Assembly: GCA_045644605.1 (NCBI GenBank) | Contig: JAZRHB010000068.1 | Location: 1-59,286 of the forward strand | Direction: 5' to 3' | Length of the DNA stretch: 59,286 bases | Source of the DNA: Clostridia bacterium | GTDB taxonomy: Bacteria > Bacillota > Clostridia > RUG12999 | Shown: positions 56,244 to 59,286 of the stretch, piece after piece | How the letters are laid out: each line of letters opens with the position of its first letter | How positions within the stretch are numbered: position 1 is the first letter of the stretch | The notes under the pieces: generated by a model | Told to the model about the DNA's origin: nothing | The model's database searches: none | Seen by the model: only the letters and a program-made list of their open reading frames with translations | Translations under genes and position numbers: made by a program

Positions 56244-57116
56244 ATGAAAACTAAAGCTTTTATATACATAGTACTGACAGGGATATTATGGGGCACATCG
56301 GGGCTTTTTGTTAATGCGCTTTCGCCGTTTGGATTTTCACCTTTGCAGATGACCGCCATGCGCGGTGGTGTTGCGGCAATTTGTTTTTTCCTTTACGCCC
56401 TTATCCGTGGCAGAAGTATATTTAAAATAAGTATATCCGAACTTGTTCTTTTTGCTTTAAGCGGTATCGGTATATTCGGTACGGCAAGCTGCTATTTTGC
56501 ATCTATGCAGGCATCAGGCGTTTCCACCGCCGTTGTGCTTATGTACACCGCGCCAATTTTTGTTATGGCATATTCGGTAGCATTTCTTGGCGAAAAGCTT
56601 ACGCCGAAAAAGCTTATTGCAGTAATATTGATGCTTATCGGATGCGTGCTTGTTTCGGGCATTATCGGCGGCGGAAGCTTTAATTTTTGGGGTATTTTAC
56701 TCGGGCTTATGTCGGGCATTTCCTACAGTGCATACAACATATTTACAAAACTGCAGATGCGCCGTGGGTGCCGTCCCCTTTCCGCAACACTGTACTGTTT
56801 TATTTTTATGGGCGCCCTTGCTCTTGCGGCATCAAATCCTGTGCATATAATTCAGTTTACAATGGCAGACCCAATTAAAATTATTCCGCTTATGCTGGGG
56901 CTTGGTGTTTTTACAGCCGTTCTCCCCTATTTATTATACACTTTTGCCCTACGTGAGCTTCCTGTAGGCACGGCATCGGCAATGGGTATTGTGGAGCCGA
57001 TGTCCGCCTGTCTTTTCAGTATAACACTGCTTGGCGAAAGATTGGCATTTTTACCTGCCTGCGGTATTATTCTTATACTTGGCGCAGTAATTTTACTTTC
57101 AAAAACAGACGGATGA
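56244..57116 (+). CDS. EamA/DMT-family transporter
   Basis: 10-TM protein with two EamA repeats (GILWGTSGLFV...). ATG 56244 follows GGAGGA. Confidence 0.85.
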   Translation: MKTKAFIYIVLTGILWGTSGLFVNALSPFGFSPLQMTAMRGGVAAICFFLYALIRGRSIFKISISELVLFALSGIGIFGTASCYFASMQASGVSTAVVLMYTAPIFVMAYSVAFLGEKLTPKKLIAVILMLIGCVLVSGIIGGGSFNFWGILLGLMSGISYSAYNIFTKLQMRRGCRPLSATLYCFIFMGALALAASNPVHIIQFTMADPIKIIPLMLGLGVFTAVLPYLLYTFALRELPVGTASAMGIVEPMSACLFSITLLGERLAFLPACGIILILGAVILLSKTDG

Positions 57117-57140
57117 AAAAAGCACCCATTGGGTGCTTTT
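57116..57140. terminator. Bidirectional terminator
   Basis: AAAAAAGCACCC-att-GGGTGCTTTT. Confidence 0.75.
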
Positions 57141-58030
57141 CATATTTTACTTATTATATCAATCATATTTTTATGCATTACCATTTCGGTTTGCATTTTT
57201 CCGTATTCTTTTTCAAGCAGAGTTTTAAGATTTATTAAATCCCCCGTTCCCGAAAGTCCCTTAGGCGACCATTCAATACCGTCAAAATCACTGCCCAGTC
57301 CCACGCCCTTTCCCGCCGACAGATTTAGAAAATAATCTATATGCCGAAGAACGTCCGTTATATCGGCATCCTTTGTTCCCGTAAGAAAAAGCGGATAAAA
57401 GTTTATTCCGACGCCGCCGCCCGTGAGGGTTATTGCACGAAACATATCTTCGGTTAAATTGCGTTCATTATTACAAATCGTACGTGCACAGGAATGGCTT
57501 GAAACTACAGGGCCTTTTGCCGTTTTCAATACATCCCAGAAGCTTTCGTCGTTAAGATGCGCCGCATCCACAATCATATGATTATTTTCAAGAAACGCCA
57601 GAACTTCTTTTCCAAACGGTTTTAGTCCGCCCATCGAACCGCATCCCGATGCAAGTGCATTTTCGCCGTTCCAGGTAAGTGATGCACTGCGTACGCCAAG
57701 TTCATAAAAGAACTCCATATTCGCAAGGCTACCTTCAAGACAGTCGCATCCTTCAAGATGCAAAACTGCCGCTACCTTACCCGATGCGGCAATTTTTTTT
57801 GCATCGAAAAGATTATATACAATTTCAATTCGCCCGTCTTCCGCTACCGCATTTTTAAAACGTGTAATCACGTTTTTTACATCCTCAAACGGATTTTTCG
57901 TATCCGTCATTGCGGTGCAGCAGGCAAACACCTGCACGCCGCCGCCCATATTATATGCCTTTTCAAGAGAAAACTGCCCCTCAAGCTGATGGGGCAGAAA
58001 TATTGTATCGCAATGTAAATCAACAAACAT
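57140..58030 (-). CDS. Dipeptidase (peptidase M19 family)
   Basis: MFVDLHCDT N-terminal metal motif, then HLEG...VDAAHL...SHS...GSDFDG. Confidence 0.85.
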   Translation of the reverse strand: MFVDLHCDTIFLPHQLEGQFSLEKAYNMGGGVQVFACCTAMTDTKNPFEDVKNVITRFKNAVAEDGRIEIVYNLFDAKKIAASGKVAAVLHLEGCDCLEGSLANMEFFYELGVRSASLTWNGENALASGCGSMGGLKPFGKEVLAFLENNHMIVDAAHLNDESFWDVLKTAKGPVVSSHSCARTICNNERNLTEDMFRAITLTGGGVGINFYPLFLTGTKDADITDVLRHIDYFLNLSAGKGVGLGSDFDGIEWSPKGLSGTGDLINLKTLLEKEYGKMQTEMVMHKNMIDIISKI

Positions 58031-58039
58031 AAAATCACC

Positions 58040-58957
58040 TTATTTGATTTTATTAATATCGTACGGAGTTTCCTGATATACGAAATAGTTGAGCCAGTTG
58101 GTATAAAGCAGGTGTGCGTGCGCACGCCACGTTACAGGCGGATTTTTGGTTGGCTTGTTATTCGGATAATAGTTGTAAGGGATATCAATATCAAGCCCTT
58201 TATCCACGTCACGCATATATTCAAGATGCAGAGTTTCCGCATCATATTCCGCATGACCTGTAACAAAAATCTGTTTGCCGCCTTTTGTGGTTACAATATA
58301 TACACCCGCCATATCACTTTCCGCCTGAATGGAAAGCTCCGGCACTTTTTCTATATCCTCACGACGCACCTCGGTATGTCTTGAGTGTGGTGCCAGAAAT
58401 GTATCATTATATCCTCTTAAAAGCTTGGTATTTTTTCTTACAACCTTATGTTCAAAAATACCGAACATTTTCTTTTCAAGCGGATATTTCGGCACACCGT
58501 AATGATAATACATTGCCGCCTGAGCCGCCCAGCAGATATGGAATGTACTTGTAACGTTTTTTACTGTCCAGTCCATTATTTCAGTAAGTTCGGGCCAGTA
58601 ATCCACATCTTCAAATTCCATATTTTCAACGGGCGCACCCGTTATTATCATACCGTCATATTTATTATCTCTGACCTCGTCAAAGGTTTTATAAAACGAA
58701 AGAAGATGTTCCTTTGACGTGTTTTTTGACTCGTGCGTTGCCATATGGATAAGGTCAATTTCCACCTGCAGCGGCGTGTTGCTGAGCATACGCAGCAGCT
58801 GTGTTTCCGTAACAACCTTTGTAGGCATAAGATTAAGTATTAAGATTTTAAGTGGACGGATGTCCTGTTTCATTGCCCTTGCGTGTGTCATTACAAATAT
58901 GTTTTCGTTTGTAAGCACCTTTTTTGCAGGCAAATCGTTTTGAATTTTAATCGGCAT
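58040..58957 (-). CDS. metA: Homoserine O-acyltransferase, MetA family
   Basis: [11 protein letters not shown]...[20 protein letters not shown]...PLQV...[10 protein letters not shown]...HICWAAQA. Confidence 0.92.
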   Translation of the reverse strand: MPIKIQNDLPAKKVLTNENIFVMTHARAMKQDIRPLKILILNLMPTKVVTETQLLRMLSNTPLQVEIDLIHMATHESKNTSKEHLLSFYKTFDEVRDNKYDGMIITGAPVENMEFEDVDYWPELTEIMDWTVKNVTSTFHICWAAQAAMYYHYGVPKYPLEKKMFGIFEHKVVRKNTKLLRGYNDTFLAPHSRHTEVRREDIEKVPELSIQAESDMAGVYIVTTKGGKQIFVTGHAEYDAETLHLEYMRDVDKGLDIDIPYNYYPNNKPTKNPPVTWRAHAHLLYTNWLNYFVYQETPYDINKIK

Positions 58958-58971
58958 TTTATCCCTACTCT

Positions 58972-59286
58972 CTATATTAACTTTATGGATTTTCTAAGTT
59001 TGAAATTCCTGATATCGTCCTGATTTTCGATTTTTATAAATTCGCTTGCGCCACACGCGCCGCAGCTTATCGTCACACCTGTTCTGCAAAGACGGAGTGT
59101 AAGCTCGCATTTACCACAGGGACAAGCTATTTTATCGTTTATTGCAATACTGTCTATTATTGCAAGCCCTTCTTTCATAACATCGCTTATTTCGGGGATT
59201 ACATCCGCCGCCATATCGCCCGTCATTTCATCAAGGGTATCGTCAAGATGGCGAAGTGCATTTGCCACTTTTATTCCGTCTCCTAT
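58972..59286 (-). CDS. Hypothetical Cys-rich (zinc-ribbon-like) protein, N-terminus possibly beyond the window
   Basis: [25 protein letters not shown]. The frame stays open to the window edge. The GTG at 59268 has only a distant SD. Lies 14 nt upstream of metA. Confidence 0.45.
   Translation of the reverse strand: MGDGIKVANALRHLDDTLDEMTGDMAADVIPEISDVMKEGLAIIDSIAINDKIACPCGKCELTLRLCRTGVTISCGACGASEFIKIENQDDIRNFKLRKSIKLI

Overview
This is a low-GC Firmicutes chromosome segment. It looks clostridial and spore-forming, given sigH, yunB, ylmC/ymxH and a SpoVB/YabM-type flippase. Most of it is housekeeping DNA: yabO-hup-mazG-yabM, ftsK, ygiQ-folD, nadE, polC, rnhB, rpsF-ssb-rpsR, dinB, ydcC-alr-ndoAI-ndoA, nnrD, rpsT, rho, a PBP5-type carboxypeptidase, degV, pfkA, metA, two heterodimeric ABC exporters (one next to a MarR gene), and four tRNA genes (Leu-UAA, initiator Met, Pro-UGG, Ser-GGA). 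I saw no rRNA, CRISPR array, transposase or integrase. Five loci deserve a second look. (1) A complete T-box leader, probably with an Ile AUC specifier, sits in front of an unusual HTH-cupin-acyl-CoA-synthetase fusion gene. (2) An AT-rich minus-strand operon encodes two exported Ig/cohesin-like proteins, an untracked 57-aa Gly/Ser-rich micro-ORF, and a translationally coupled PPTase-GNAT fusion. (3) Both the tRNA-fMet and tRNA-Ser loci carry scars made of duplicated and inverted tRNA fragments. (4) An AT-rich cassette (zinc-ribbon membrane ORF, RHH, XRE) lies next to tRNA-Ser, bounded by 31-nt direct repeats. (5) The region upstream of alr is structured and can form mutually exclusive hairpins. 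All product calls come from reading motifs and synteny by eye. No database search was run.
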